Made by a program: the position numbers and the translations under genes. A model generated the notes under the pieces. The model did no database searches, was not told where the DNA came from, and saw only the letters and a list, made by a program, of their open reading frames with translations. Positions 43,928 to 53,622 of a stretch of DNA of 64,000 nt are shown here, in pieces. Position 1 is the first letter of the stretch. Each line of letters starts with the position of its first letter. Where the stretch lies: assembly GCA_003134555.1 (NCBI GenBank), contig PLBO01000154.1:102357-166356 (forward strand). Direction: 5' to 3'. Source of the DNA: Actinomycetota bacterium. Its GTDB lineage: Bacteria; Actinomycetota; Acidimicrobiia; IMCC26256; PALSA-610.

Positions 43928-44819
43928 CGCGTGCCACGGCCGAACGGACCAGGTCGCCAAGACCGTGCGCGCGCACGCGCTCCTGATCCTCGCGGTACTT
44001 GAGGATCGTTCCGAGTGTCGCGTCGACGGCGGTCTCGTCGAGGCGAGCCCGACCGAGGGTGGACAACGCCTCGGCCCAATCGATGGTCTCCGCAACTCCC
44101 GGAGGCTTGTAGAGCTCGAGCCCGCGCAATGCCTCCGCCGCAGCCGCGACATCACGCGCGAGCAGCTCCGGTACTTGCGGAGCCCGCAGACGCACGATCG
44201 CGAGCTCGCGCTCGAAATCGGGATGCGCGATCCAGTGATAGAGGCACCGTCGCTTCAACGCGTCGTGCACGTCGCGGGTGCGGTTCGACGTCAGCACGAC
44301 GACCGGCGGAACGTCGGCGCGCACGACGCCGAGCTCGGGGACGGAGATCGACCAGTCGGAGAGGATCTCGAGCAAGAACGCCTCGAACTCGTCGTCGGCC
44401 CGATCGATCTCGTCGATCAACAGCACCGGCGGCACCGCGCCGTCGTGCGCGAGGGCCCGAAGCAATGGGCGCTTCACCAGGAAACGCTCGGAGTAGAGCT
44501 CGTCCTCGTCGACGCGTTCGTGGCTCGCCTCGACCGCGCGCAGGTGCAGGAGCTGGCGCGAGTAGTCCCACTCGTACACGGCCTGCGACGCGTCGATGCC
44601 CTCGTAGCACTGGAGCCGCACGAGCTCTCCGCCCGTCCACCGCGAGAGCACCTTGGCGACCTCGGTCTTGCCGACCCCCGCCTCACCCTCGAGCAGCAGC
44701 GGCCGCTGCAGCCGGAGCGCGAGGAAGATCGATGTCGCAAGTCCCTCGTCGGCCAGATACTCGTGGTCGGCCAGTCCCTTGGAGACCTCGGCGACCGTGT
44801 CGGGCAGGAGCGGTACCAC
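43920..44819 (-). CDS. MoxR-like AAA+ ATPase (CoxD-like)
   Basis: 299 aa with Walker A LLLEGEAGVGKT and Walker B LLIDEIDRA. Confidence 0.9.
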   Translation of the reverse strand: MVPLLPDTVAEVSKGLADHEYLADEGLATSIFLALRLQRPLLLEGEAGVGKTEVAKVLSRWTGGELVRLQCYEGIDASQAVYEWDYSRQLLHLRAVEASHERVDEDELYSERFLVKRPLLRALAHDGAVPPVLLIDEIDRADDEFEAFLLEILSDWSISVPELGVVRADVPPVVVLTSNRTRDVHDALKRRCLYHWIAHPDFERELAIVRLRAPQVPELLARDVAAAAEALRGLELYKPPGVAETIDWAEALSTLGRARLDETAVDATLGTILKYREDQERVRAHGLGDLVRSAVARGA

Positions 44820-44864
44820 CTCGCAAGGTTACCGGCGCACAACGCAGCCCTTAGGCTCCGCCTC

Positions 44865-46553
44865 ATGCACGATCTCGTCATTCGGGCCGGAATGGTGGTC
44901 GACGGCACCGGCGACCCGCCGCTGGCGGCCGACGTCGCGGTCGACGGTGACCGGATCACAGCGGTCGGCACGGTGACCGCTCGGGGTCACAAGGAGATCG
45001 ACGCGGCGGGCGCCTACGTCACGCCGGGCTTCGTCGACGTGCACACACACCTCGACGCGCAACTCGCGTGGGATCCCGACGCGACATCCTCGTGTTGGCA
45101 CGGGGTCACGTCGGTCGTGCTCGGCAACTGTGGCGTCACGTTCGCGCCCGTGCGCAAGGGTCAGGAACGCTGGCTCGCGGAGCTCATGGAATCGGTCGAG
45201 GACATCCCGGCCGACGCCATCCTCGAAGGACTCGCCTGGGACTGGGAAACCTACGGCGAGTACCTCGCGGCGATCGACGAGCTTCCGAAGGGCGTGAACG
45301 TCGGCGGGATGGTCGGGCACTGCGCGGTGCGCCACTACGCCATGGGTGAGCACAGCCTCGACGAGACCCCGGCAACCGACGACGACATCGCGGCGATGTG
45401 CGATCTGGTCGACGAGGCGATGAGCGCGGGCGCGCTGGGTTTTTCGACCTCGCGCACGCTTTTGCATCGAGTTCCCGACGGTCGCCCGGTTCCGGGAACG
45501 TGGGCCGACGAGCGCGAGCTGCTCGCGATCGCCGACGTGCTCGGTCGCCGTGGTCACGGCGTATACGAGGTCGCGCCGCGGTTCGAGCGTCCGGGCGCGC
45601 ACTACGAAGGAACCCGGACCGAAGTGCACTGGATGGCCGAGATCAATCGGCGCACCGGGCGTCCCGTCACATTCGGGCTCGCGCAGAGCAATGCCGGACC
45701 CGAGCTGTATCGAAAGATTCTCGAGTTCGTCGACGAGGAAGCCGAGCGCGGCGGCGAGCTCCGGCCCCAGACGACGGCGCGCGGGATCGGGCTCCTCTTC
45801 GGCCTGCAGCACCGGACGTTCTTCGATCGCGCGCCGGCGTGGGCCGCGCTGCAAGCGCTGCCGCTCGACGAGCGCCTGGCCGTCGTGCGTGACGACGCGC
45901 GCCGAACCGAGCTCGTGCAGGTCGCGGAGGCCAACACTCCGCCCCTCGACTGGCACGGCGTCTACGTTCTCACTCCCGACCACGTCGACTATTCCAACGA
46001 TCCCGCCACCTCTTTGGGAGCTGCCGCCGAACGGCACGGCGAGACCATCGCGGAGGCGTTCCTGCGTCTCTCCCTCGAGACCGAGGGTCGCGCGCTGTTC
46101 AACTACCCGTTCCTCAACCAGCGGATGGACGCCGTCGAGGAGCTCCTCGACCATCCCCGGATGGCGATCGGTCTCGGCGATTCCGGTGCGCACGTCGGGC
46201 TGATCATGGACGCGTCACTGCCGACTTGGTTCTTGTTGCACTGGGTGCGCGATCGGAAGAAGTACACGATCGAGCACGCGGTCCGGCGCATGACCTCCGA
46301 CACCGCGAGCCTGTTCGGCGTCGCCGATCGAGGTGTGCTGCGGCCGGGCGCGTTCGCCGACGTCAACGTGCTCGACCTCGATGCCCTCGCCCTTCATCTT
46401 CCCGAATTCGTGCACGACTTCCCGGCCGGCGCGGGTCGCTACCTGCAACGCGCCGACGGCTACCGCGCGACCGTGGTCAACGGCGCGGTTTTCGTCGAGC
46501 AGGGCGAGCCGACCGGCGAGCACGCGGGACGCACTCTGCGCTCCTCCCGCTGA
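44865..46553 (+). CDS. amidohydrolase, N-acyl-D-amino-acid deacylase-like
   Basis: 562 aa from MHDLVIRAGMVVDGTG...GFVDVHTHLD (metal-binding HxH). The upstream 649 codons of track ORF 42918..46553 are antisense shadow. Confidence 0.8.
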   Translation: MHDLVIRAGMVVDGTGDPPLAADVAVDGDRITAVGTVTARGHKEIDAAGAYVTPGFVDVHTHLDAQLAWDPDATSSCWHGVTSVVLGNCGVTFAPVRKGQERWLAELMESVEDIPADAILEGLAWDWETYGEYLAAIDELPKGVNVGGMVGHCAVRHYAMGEHSLDETPATDDDIAAMCDLVDEAMSAGALGFSTSRTLLHRVPDGRPVPGTWADERELLAIADVLGRRGHGVYEVAPRFERPGAHYEGTRTEVHWMAEINRRTGRPVTFGLAQSNAGPELYRKILEFVDEEAERGGELRPQTTARGIGLLFGLQHRTFFDRAPAWAALQALPLDERLAVVRDDARRTELVQVAEANTPPLDWHGVYVLTPDHVDYSNDPATSLGAAAERHGETIAEAFLRLSLETEGRALFNYPFLNQRMDAVEELLDHPRMAIGLGDSGAHVGLIMDASLPTWFLLHWVRDRKKYTIEHAVRRMTSDTASLFGVADRGVLRPGAFADVNVLDLDALALHLPEFVHDFPAGAGRYLQRADGYRATVVNGAVFVEQGEPTGEHAGRTLRSSR

Positions 46554-46680
46554 CGCCCGAGATGCCGGAGATCTGAGGGGCGCGGCCGCTAACATCGACC
46601 GTTGATCCTCGGCCGTAACGCGCCTTGCTGGGTGGGAAAACAACATTGACGCCTCGGCCGCTTCGAACACCGCTCGGCCC

Positions 46681-48660
46681 GTGACCGCACCCACGAACGA
46701 AACGCGTCCGGCGACGCTTCGATACCTGCCCGGGCTCGACGGCCTGCGCGGGATCTCCGTCCTGGCCGTCGTCGTGTTCCACCACTATCTGGTGGGCGGG
46801 CACGAAGCGGGATGGGCTCCCGGCGGTTTCCTCGGCGTCGAGGTGTTCTTCGTCGTCAGCGGCTACCTCATCACGTCGCTGCTCCTGACCGAGCGGCGGG
46901 AGACCGGCCGGGTCTCGCTGCGATTGTTCTACCTGCGTCGCGCCCGGCGCCTCCTGCCCGCGCTGTTCACGCTGCTCGCGGTCGTCGTCGCGTACTCGCT
47001 GTTGTTCCTGCCCGACGCGATCGGCACGCTCAAGTCGGATGTCGTGGCCGCGTTGACGTACACCAGCAACTGGTGGCAGATGTTCGCTCACCGCTCCTAC
47101 ATCGCCCAAGCGGGACGCCCCGAGCTCCTCAAGCATCTCTGGTCGCTCGCGATCGAGGAGCAGTACTACCTGGCGTGGCCGTTCCTGTTGATGTTCGGGC
47201 TGCGCAAACTCGGACGGCAACGGATGCTGGCGACGATCCTCGGCACCGCGATCGCGTCGACGCTGCTCCTCGCGCTGCTGGCGCACGGCAGCGTCGACGA
47301 CGCGTACTACGCCACCTATGCCCGGCTCTCGGGTCTCCTGCTCGGGTCCGCGTTCGCCTTCTCGTTCGCGCCCTACCGCATACGCGGCCTGCCCGGTCGG
47401 GGTGCGCGGCTCGCGCTCGACGCGGCCGGAGCGCTCGGTCTCGTCGTCCTGCTCGCATCGTTCGGCGTCCTGCGGCCCTTCGGCATCAACGGCTATTCGT
47501 TTCCGACGTCGCACACCGACAACCTTGCGGTCTTTCACGGCGGCTTCCTGCTCGTGGACCTCGCGACCCTGCTCGTCATCGCCGCCGCGGTGCATCCGGC
47601 TTCGGACGTCGGCCGGGCACTCGGATGCAAACCCCTGCGGTGGATCGGTTTGCGCTCGTACAGCCTCTATTTGTGGCACTACCCGATCTTCTGCGTCACC
47701 CGCCCCGGCCTCGACATCCACCGGCTCGGCATCTGGTTCCTGTCGGTACGGTTCGCGGGCTGGCCGGTGTTCGTGATCCGCCTCGCCCTCTCGTTCGGCG
47801 CGGCCGAGCTGTCGTTTCGCTACGTCGAGACGCCGATCCGCAAAGGAGCGATCGGCCGCTACCGAGAGGTTGTGCGCGAGGCCGTGGGCAAGCGCCGGCA
47901 ACGGCTCGTACGACGCGGCGCCTTCATCGGGAGCTCACTGACGCTCGTCGCGCTGATGCTCGGAACCGGGCTCGCCACGGCCCAACCCCAGGCCCCGAGC
48001 ATCCCCGGCGTCACCGCCGGACCGGAAAACGGCGCGAAGCCCGATCCGGCCGCCTTGGCGTTGCTCCAGGCCACCACGACGACCGCACCCACGACACCGA
48101 CGACCACGCCGCGATCGAAGGTCGGCGGCAAACGCCCGACAACCACGACAACTCGTCCTCACCCCCCGCCGCCCGCGCACGTGCTCGGAATCGGTGACTC
48201 CGTGATGCAGGGCGCGAGGGTCGCGCTCGTCGCAACGATTCCCGGAATCGCGGTCGACGCGATAAAGAGCCGGCAGTTCCGGGAGGCCGTCGACGTCCTC
48301 CAGCAGTACAAGAACCTGCTCGCGCTCCCGACGGTGATCGTGGTCCACCTCGGCACGAATGGTCGGATCACCAACGATCTGTTCGACCAGATGATGCGCA
48401 CGATCGGTCCGGGACATCGCGTGTTCTTTCTCACCGCTCGAGTACCGCGGCTCTGGGAGAGCGAGGTCAACACGACGCTGCACCAGGGCGCGACCCGCTG
48501 GCCGAACGCGCGCGTCCTCGAATGGCGCGACTTCTCCGGCTGTCACGACGACTGGTTCGTCGGCGACGGCTTCCACCTGAGAACGCCCGGCCAGTACGCG
48601 TACGCAGCGTTCATACGCGACGGCCTCAAGGGGAAGGCGCCCACGACCTGCAAGAAATGA
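46681..48660 (+). CDS. acyltransferase-3 (OafA-like) membrane protein with C-terminal SGNH-like domain
   Basis: 659 aa. LDGLRGISVLAVVVFH at the N-terminus, about 10 TM segments, a Thr/Pro linker, and a C-terminal domain with GDSVM. Confidence 0.85.
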   Translation: MTAPTNETRPATLRYLPGLDGLRGISVLAVVVFHHYLVGGHEAGWAPGGFLGVEVFFVVSGYLITSLLLTERRETGRVSLRLFYLRRARRLLPALFTLLAVVVAYSLLFLPDAIGTLKSDVVAALTYTSNWWQMFAHRSYIAQAGRPELLKHLWSLAIEEQYYLAWPFLLMFGLRKLGRQRMLATILGTAIASTLLLALLAHGSVDDAYYATYARLSGLLLGSAFAFSFAPYRIRGLPGRGARLALDAAGALGLVVLLASFGVLRPFGINGYSFPTSHTDNLAVFHGGFLLVDLATLLVIAAAVHPASDVGRALGCKPLRWIGLRSYSLYLWHYPIFCVTRPGLDIHRLGIWFLSVRFAGWPVFVIRLALSFGAAELSFRYVETPIRKGAIGRYREVVREAVGKRRQRLVRRGAFIGSSLTLVALMLGTGLATAQPQAPSIPGVTAGPENGAKPDPAALALLQATTTTAPTTPTTTPRSKVGGKRPTTTTTRPHPPPPAHVLGIGDSVMQGARVALVATIPGIAVDAIKSRQFREAVDVLQQYKNLLALPTVIVVHLGTNGRITNDLFDQMMRTIGPGHRVFFLTARVPRLWESEVNTTLHQGATRWPNARVLEWRDFSGCHDDWFVGDGFHLRTPGQYAYAAFIRDGLKGKAPTTCKK

Positions 48661-48677
48661 GCGCGTGTCGCGGACGC

Positions 48678-48920
48678 CTAACGGTGCAGTAGCCAGTCGG
48701 CGATCTGCAGGAACCGGTAGCCGAGGTAGACCGCCAGCGCCGCGCCAACGAGTTTGAGGTGCCACGGGACGGCCGGCGGCGCTTCGTCGGCGGGCCGGGT
48801 CATCCCCGGGATCAGACCCCGCTCGACGACCTTGCCGCACTTCGGGCACGTGGCGTCGGGGCGTACCGTCGACGGTGTCAGGAACTTGTTGCAGCTCACG
48901 CACCAGGGCATCGCTGCCAT
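48678..48920 (-). CDS. zinc-ribbon protein with C-terminal TM helix (hypothetical)
   Basis: 80 aa from MAAMPWCVSCNKF...CPKCG, followed by WHLKLVGAALAVYLGYRFL. The start choice is tentative. Confidence 0.5.
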   Translation of the reverse strand: MAAMPWCVSCNKFLTPSTVRPDATCPKCGKVVERGLIPGMTRPADEAPPAVPWHLKLVGAALAVYLGYRFLQIADWLLHR

Positions 48921-49021
48921 TGGAGCACTTGCCGTCCGCCGCACCGCAAACCGCCGATTCCTACCAAACCCTTGCCTGCCTTTCACCGGCTGCTCAGGGC
49001 CGACGCCGAACCTGAGTTGCA

Positions 49022-50026
49022 ATGAATCCGTCCCTCGCCCCCGCCCTGCCCCCGCCGGTCCGATTCCGCGCCCTCGGGACGACCGCGGTCGTCGCGGTCA
49101 CCGCCGCCTCGGCGCGCGAGGAAGCCGGATCGCTCCTGGCCGCCGAGCTCGACTCGATCGATCTCGCGTGCAGCCGATTCCGCGACGACTCCGAGCTCAC
49201 GCGTTTGAACGCGTCGCCCGGAAGGTGGCTCTCCGTCTCTCCGCTCTTCCTCGCCGCGCTCGACGTGGCACTGACCGCCGCGCGTACGACCGATGGTCTG
49301 GTGGATCCGACGATCGGGCGGGCGTTGCGTGTACTCGGCTACGACCGCGACTTCGCGAGCGTTGCCGCCGACGGAGAACCTCTGCGCGTACGCGTCGAGC
49401 ACGCAGCCGGATGGCGCGCGATCGACGTCGACGTCGCGGCCGGGCGCGTTCGAGTTCCGCGCGGGGTCGGGCTCGATCTCGGCGCCACCGCGAAGGCGTT
49501 CGCCGCCGACCGCGCGGCGCGGAACATCGCGGCGGCGACCGGCGCGGGCGTGGTCGTGAGCCTCGGCGGAGATTGCTCGATTGCGGGCCCGTCGCCCGCC
49601 GGCGGTTGGACCATCCGCGTCACCGATCGTCACGACTCGCCCGCGAACGGTTCGGAACCCGGCGCAACGATCGCCCTGGCCACCGGTGGTCTGGCGACCT
49701 CGGGCATCATGGCCCGGCACTGGACCCGAGGCGACCGGCACCTGCACCATCTCGTCGATCCGAGAACCGGCTGGCCGGCCGCGCCCGTGTGGCGGACCGC
49801 CAGCGTCGCCGCGCCGACCTGCGTCGACGCCAACGTCGCGAGCACGGCGGCGATCGTGCTGGGCGACGGCGCGCCGCGCTGGCTCGAGGCCAGGGGGCTC
49901 CCGGCCCGCCTGGTCGCGCCGGACGGTTCCGTCGTCGTGCTGGGAGGCTGGCCTGACGAGCCCGCCGAGGCGACCGGCATGGCATCGGTCACAAACGGAG
50001 TCCCGGCGATCCCGCGATCTTCGTGA
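49022..50026 (+). CDS. apbE: FAD:protein FMN transferase (ApbE family)
   Basis: 334 aa. Contains CSRFRDDSELTRLN and LDLGATAKAFAADRAA, which are typical ApbE motifs. Confidence 0.8.
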   Translation: MNPSLAPALPPPVRFRALGTTAVVAVTAASAREEAGSLLAAELDSIDLACSRFRDDSELTRLNASPGRWLSVSPLFLAALDVALTAARTTDGLVDPTIGRALRVLGYDRDFASVAADGEPLRVRVEHAAGWRAIDVDVAAGRVRVPRGVGLDLGATAKAFAADRAARNIAAATGAGVVVSLGGDCSIAGPSPAGGWTIRVTDRHDSPANGSEPGATIALATGGLATSGIMARHWTRGDRHLHHLVDPRTGWPAAPVWRTASVAAPTCVDANVASTAAIVLGDGAPRWLEARGLPARLVAPDGSVVVLGGWPDEPAEATGMASVTNGVPAIPRSS

Positions 50027-50044
50027 TCCGCCGATCATCTCCTC

Positions 50045-50725
50045 GTGCCCGTAGCCGCGAAACGAGAACTCTCGCGGCGGGCATCGACGCCGATCCGGGT
50101 CGGCGCGAGGGCGAGGGTCGAGCTCGCCGGCGGCGGCGTCTGGGCGGGATGTGTCAGCTACGTCAGCGGCGAGCTGGTCGGCCTGAAGGCCTCGACGATC
50201 GTCGACGGGCCCGTTGCGGCCGGCGACACGGTGACCGTCGTCATCGGTCAGGGCGAATCGATGGTCGCGGCGCAGGCACGGGTGCTGGCGGCGTCGGGTT
50301 CGTTCCTGCGGCTCTTGCGCCGCGAATCGTCCGAGGGCCTCGAGCGGCGCCGCGCGCTTCGGGTTGCGGTCGATCAGACCGTAGAGGTCACCTACCCGGC
50401 GCCGGGCGCCGGCGGAAACCACACCTGCGCGGCCCAACTCACCGACATGTCGGCCTCCGGGTGCGCGCTGCGGACCGCGAGCGAGCTTCCGGTCGGCCAC
50501 TCGATCGCCGTCTCGTTGCGCATCATCGGCACCGATCTGACCCTTCCGGGCAAGATCGTGCGGGCCTGGAGAACCGACGAATCCCCGTGTGAACACGCCG
50601 GGATCCGGTTCGACACGCTTCCGCCGAGCACGACGAGCCTCGTCAAGCACTACCTCGTCGAGCAGTTCCGGGAGACGTCGGGTCCCCGACCCGTCGCCCC
50701 CCGTCGCCAGCCCGTCCAGTCCTGA
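50045..50725 (+). CDS. PilZ-domain protein (YcgR-like two-domain layout)
   Basis: 226 aa. The C-terminal half has RRRALR...LTDMSASGCAL, matching RxxxR and D/NxSxxG, the c-di-GMP-binding PilZ motifs. Confidence 0.7.
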   Translation: MPVAAKRELSRRASTPIRVGARARVELAGGGVWAGCVSYVSGELVGLKASTIVDGPVAAGDTVTVVIGQGESMVAAQARVLAASGSFLRLLRRESSEGLERRRALRVAVDQTVEVTYPAPGAGGNHTCAAQLTDMSASGCALRTASELPVGHSIAVSLRIIGTDLTLPGKIVRAWRTDESPCEHAGIRFDTLPPSTTSLVKHYLVEQFRETSGPRPVAPRRQPVQS

Positions 50726-50776
50726 CCCCGCCCGCCGGCGGGCAGCTCAACTCTCCCCCGCGGCCGCCGATCGGGG

Positions 50777-51592
50777 ATGCATGACACGGCGCGGTACCCG
50801 ATGAGCCATTTCGACGAGGTACTCGCCTCCCCGGAATGGCCGTTCACGCTCGCGGCCACGCTCGAACAGCAGCTGGGCGACGACCGCATCCTCACTGTGG
50901 GATCGGCGCGCGACACCGTCGGAGAACTCGTGGGCGCCGCGACGGCGCGCGCCGTCGCGCTGAACTTCACAGTCGGTGACGAGCAGCGCGGCACGATCGC
51001 GCTGGTCGCGGTCGCAGCCTTTGCCGAGGCCCTCGAACGGGCCGCGTCCGACGAGATCATGCTGACGCCGTGCGCAACCGCGCTCGATGCCGCGGCGCGG
51101 GCGATCGGCGAACAGGCGGTCGTCGAAGTCGAGACCGAAGCCGCCCGCGAGATCGAGCCCGAGATCGTCGGCGACGAGCTGGGCGACGTCGATCTCGTCG
51201 TCTACCCGGTGCTCGACGGCGGCGATCTCCTGGGTTGCGTCGTCCTGCACGTGGGCTCGAGCTCGGCCGGCGCCACGCCGGAACTCACGCAAACCGAAGG
51301 TCGCGGCCCATCCAACGCAGGCGCGCACAACGGGAGCCCCGCCGGTGCGTCCTACGTGCTGGCCGACGTCGAAATGGGCGTCACGGCCGAGCTCGGACGC
51401 TGCCGTATGACGGTCCGCGAGCTGCTGTCGATCACGCCGGGAGCAGTCATCGACCTCGACCGCGCCGCCGGCGCGCCGGTAGACGTGCTGGTGAACGGCA
51501 CGCTCATCGCGCGCGGCGAAGTGGTTGTCATCGACGAGGAATTCGGGATCCGGATCTCGGAGCTCATCCCGCAACCCGCCGCCGCGCGCTAG
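50777..51592 (+). CDS. FliN/SpoA-domain protein (flagellar switch-like C-terminus)
   Basis: 271 aa. The C-terminal ~75 aa VEMGVTAELGRCRMTVRELLSITPGAVIDLDRAAGAPVDVLVNGTLIARGEVVVIDEEFGIRISELI match the FliN/YscQ SpoA fold pattern. Confidence 0.65.
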   Translation: MHDTARYPMSHFDEVLASPEWPFTLAATLEQQLGDDRILTVGSARDTVGELVGAATARAVALNFTVGDEQRGTIALVAVAAFAEALERAASDEIMLTPCATALDAAARAIGEQAVVEVETEAAREIEPEIVGDELGDVDLVVYPVLDGGDLLGCVVLHVGSSSAGATPELTQTEGRGPSNAGAHNGSPAGASYVLADVEMGVTAELGRCRMTVRELLSITPGAVIDLDRAAGAPVDVLVNGTLIARGEVVVIDEEFGIRISELIPQPAAAR

Positions 51593-51618
51593 CGCCGAGC
51601 CGCGATCGGAGCACGAGT

Positions 51619-52104
51619 ATGCCGTCGCTCTATCCCGCCCCCAGCGAACAGACCATCGAAGCGTTCCTCGGCGGTCTCGTATCGAATCCGACGCACGTCG
51701 TGCGCGTGCCGTCGCCGGAACCGGTACGCGAGCCGACCGGCGTCATCGCCGAGTACGTGAACGACGTCGATTCGCTCGCCCTCGTCGCCTTTGCGGATCA
51801 CGACGTCGTCAACTTCGTGGGTGGCGCGATCGCAGCCGTCGAGGCCGGGGCCATCCAGGAGATAAGCCAGCGAACGACACTGGACGAAGCGGCGTTGGAG
51901 AGCTTCCGCGGGGTCGTAGACGGCTTGGGCTCGAGCTTCAACGGCGAATACACCCCGGCCCTCCGGCTCTCGGAAGTGCACCAACTGCCGGGAGAGCTGA
52001 GCGAGGACATCAAGCAACTCTGGCGTCGGCCCCGCGCCAAGCGCGCGTACCGCGTGACCGTCGACGACTACGGCTCGGGCATGGTGATCCTGTACCTGAA
52101 CTGA
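51619..52104 (+). CDS. hypothetical protein
   Basis: 161 aa with ATG at 51619 in the frame of track ORF 51070..52104. Acidic with normal composition. Lies immediately after the FliN-like gene. Confidence 0.5.
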   Translation: MPSLYPAPSEQTIEAFLGGLVSNPTHVVRVPSPEPVREPTGVIAEYVNDVDSLALVAFADHDVVNFVGGAIAAVEAGAIQEISQRTTLDEAALESFRGVVDGLGSSFNGEYTPALRLSEVHQLPGELSEDIKQLWRRPRAKRAYRVTVDDYGSGMVILYLN

Positions 52105-52157
52105 TCGACGGGCTGTGCCGCGTGCGCGCTCGAGGCGCCGCGCGGTAGACCGTCGCC

Positions 52158-53621
52158 ATGCACGCACCCGAGGTTCCGGTGAGCCGGCGCTCACTGCTGA
52201 AAGGCATCGCGGTGGCCGGGGTCGGCGTCGCCGTCGCCGAGCTCGCCGGGTGCTCGTCGTCGAAGACGATCACCCCCGCAACGACTTCGACCGCAGGCGG
52301 CGGGACCACTGCGCCGAAGTCGACACCGTCGACAATCCCGAAGGTGTTGCGCCGGCCCGGATCGCGTCCGAATCCGACGTTGCCCGAAGGCACTGACACG
52401 TTGCCGAAGATCGAGCACATCATCGTCGTGATGATGGAGAACCACTCCTACGACGCTCGCTTCGGCATGCTCCGCCGCGGCGATGGATTCAAGCTCGACG
52501 CGAGGGGCAAGCCGCTCGACGCCAACCCGATGCCCGACGGCCGGTTTGTCCGCTCGTTCCATATGCCGTCGACGTGTCAGTTGGACCGCGTACCCCGACA
52601 GGACTGGTTGGCGAGTCACAGCTCGTTCGACAACGGTCGCAACGACGGTTTCGTCAAGGCGAGCGGCCCGGTCGCGATGGGCTACTGGGACCAGATCGAC
52701 ATCCCGTTCTACTACGGGCTCGCGGGCGCATTTCCCCTGTGCGACCGTTACTTCTCCTCGACTCTCGCGCAGACCTACCCCAACCGGCGTTTCCTCCTTG
52801 CCGGCACCGCATCGGGAGTCGTGAGCACGAGCACGTCGAACCTCGACAAGTTCTTCCCGGCGAACGGCACGATCCTCGATCGCCTGCACGCGCACGGCAT
52901 CAGCTGGCTCGACTACGCGACCGACCTTCCCGCGGTCGACGTGATCCTCAAGAACGCGTCCACGTACGCGAAGAACGCCGTGCCCATAGGCCAGTTCTAC
53001 AAGGACGCGGCCGCCGGTTCGCTGCCTGCGGTGAGCTTCGTCGATCCGCGGTTCTCCGGCGACCCCGGGGAGTCCGAGGAAAACAACGACGACATCAGCT
53101 ACGGGGAGAACTTCGTCTCGAGAGTCGTGAACGCCGTGTTCCAGAGCCCCAACTGGAAGAACACTGTGCTCGTATACACGTACGACGAGCACGGCGGGTA
53201 CTACGACCACGTTGCGCCGCCGCCGGCTGTCAAACCCGACAACATCCCGCCGGGCGCCGACGTGCCGGGGATCACCGGCGCGTACGACCGTTACGGCTTT
53301 CGCGTCCCGACCGTGATCGTCTCGCCGTTCGCGAAGCGGAATTACGTGTCGCACCAGGTGCACGACCACACTTCGATCCTGAAGCTGATCGAGACCAAAT
53401 GGAACCTCGGCGCGCTGACGTACCGCGACGCGAACGCGAGCAACCTTCTCGACTCGCTCGACCTCGACGGTCCGCCCGCATTCGCCGAGCCGCCCACGCT
53501 TCCGGCTCCGGGCAAGGCCGGGCTCTGCACACCGGGCACGGCCGGCGGACCCATTCCACCGCCCGACGCGATCGTCCCGGCGGGCCAAGCGGCGTCGCTG
53601 CGGATCGGCGCGAGGGCCTAG
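52158..53621 (+). CDS. phosphoesterase-family protein (non-haemolytic phospholipase C / acid phosphatase type), Tat-lipoprotein signal
   Basis: 487 aa. Twin-arginine signal SRRSLLKG followed by the lipobox LAGC. IEHIIVVMMENHSYD is the PLC-type phosphoesterase signature. Confidence 0.85.
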   Translation: MHAPEVPVSRRSLLKGIAVAGVGVAVAELAGCSSSKTITPATTSTAGGGTTAPKSTPSTIPKVLRRPGSRPNPTLPEGTDTLPKIEHIIVVMMENHSYDARFGMLRRGDGFKLDARGKPLDANPMPDGRFVRSFHMPSTCQLDRVPRQDWLASHSSFDNGRNDGFVKASGPVAMGYWDQIDIPFYYGLAGAFPLCDRYFSSTLAQTYPNRRFLLAGTASGVVSTSTSNLDKFFPANGTILDRLHAHGISWLDYATDLPAVDVILKNASTYAKNAVPIGQFYKDAAAGSLPAVSFVDPRFSGDPGESEENNDDISYGENFVSRVVNAVFQSPNWKNTVLVYTYDEHGGYYDHVAPPPAVKPDNIPPGADVPGITGAYDRYGFRVPTVIVSPFAKRNYVSHQVHDHTSILKLIETKWNLGALTYRDANASNLLDSLDLDGPPAFAEPPTLPAPGKAGLCTPGTAGGPIPPPDAIVPAGQAASLRIGARA

Positions 53622-53622
53622 C

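Noticed and set aside
42918-44864. First 649 codons of the 1211-aa ORF 42918..46553
   Set aside because: They are antisense to the VWA and MoxR genes and rich in Ser, Arg, Thr and Pro. The recognisable amidohydrolase begins at the internal ATG at 44865.
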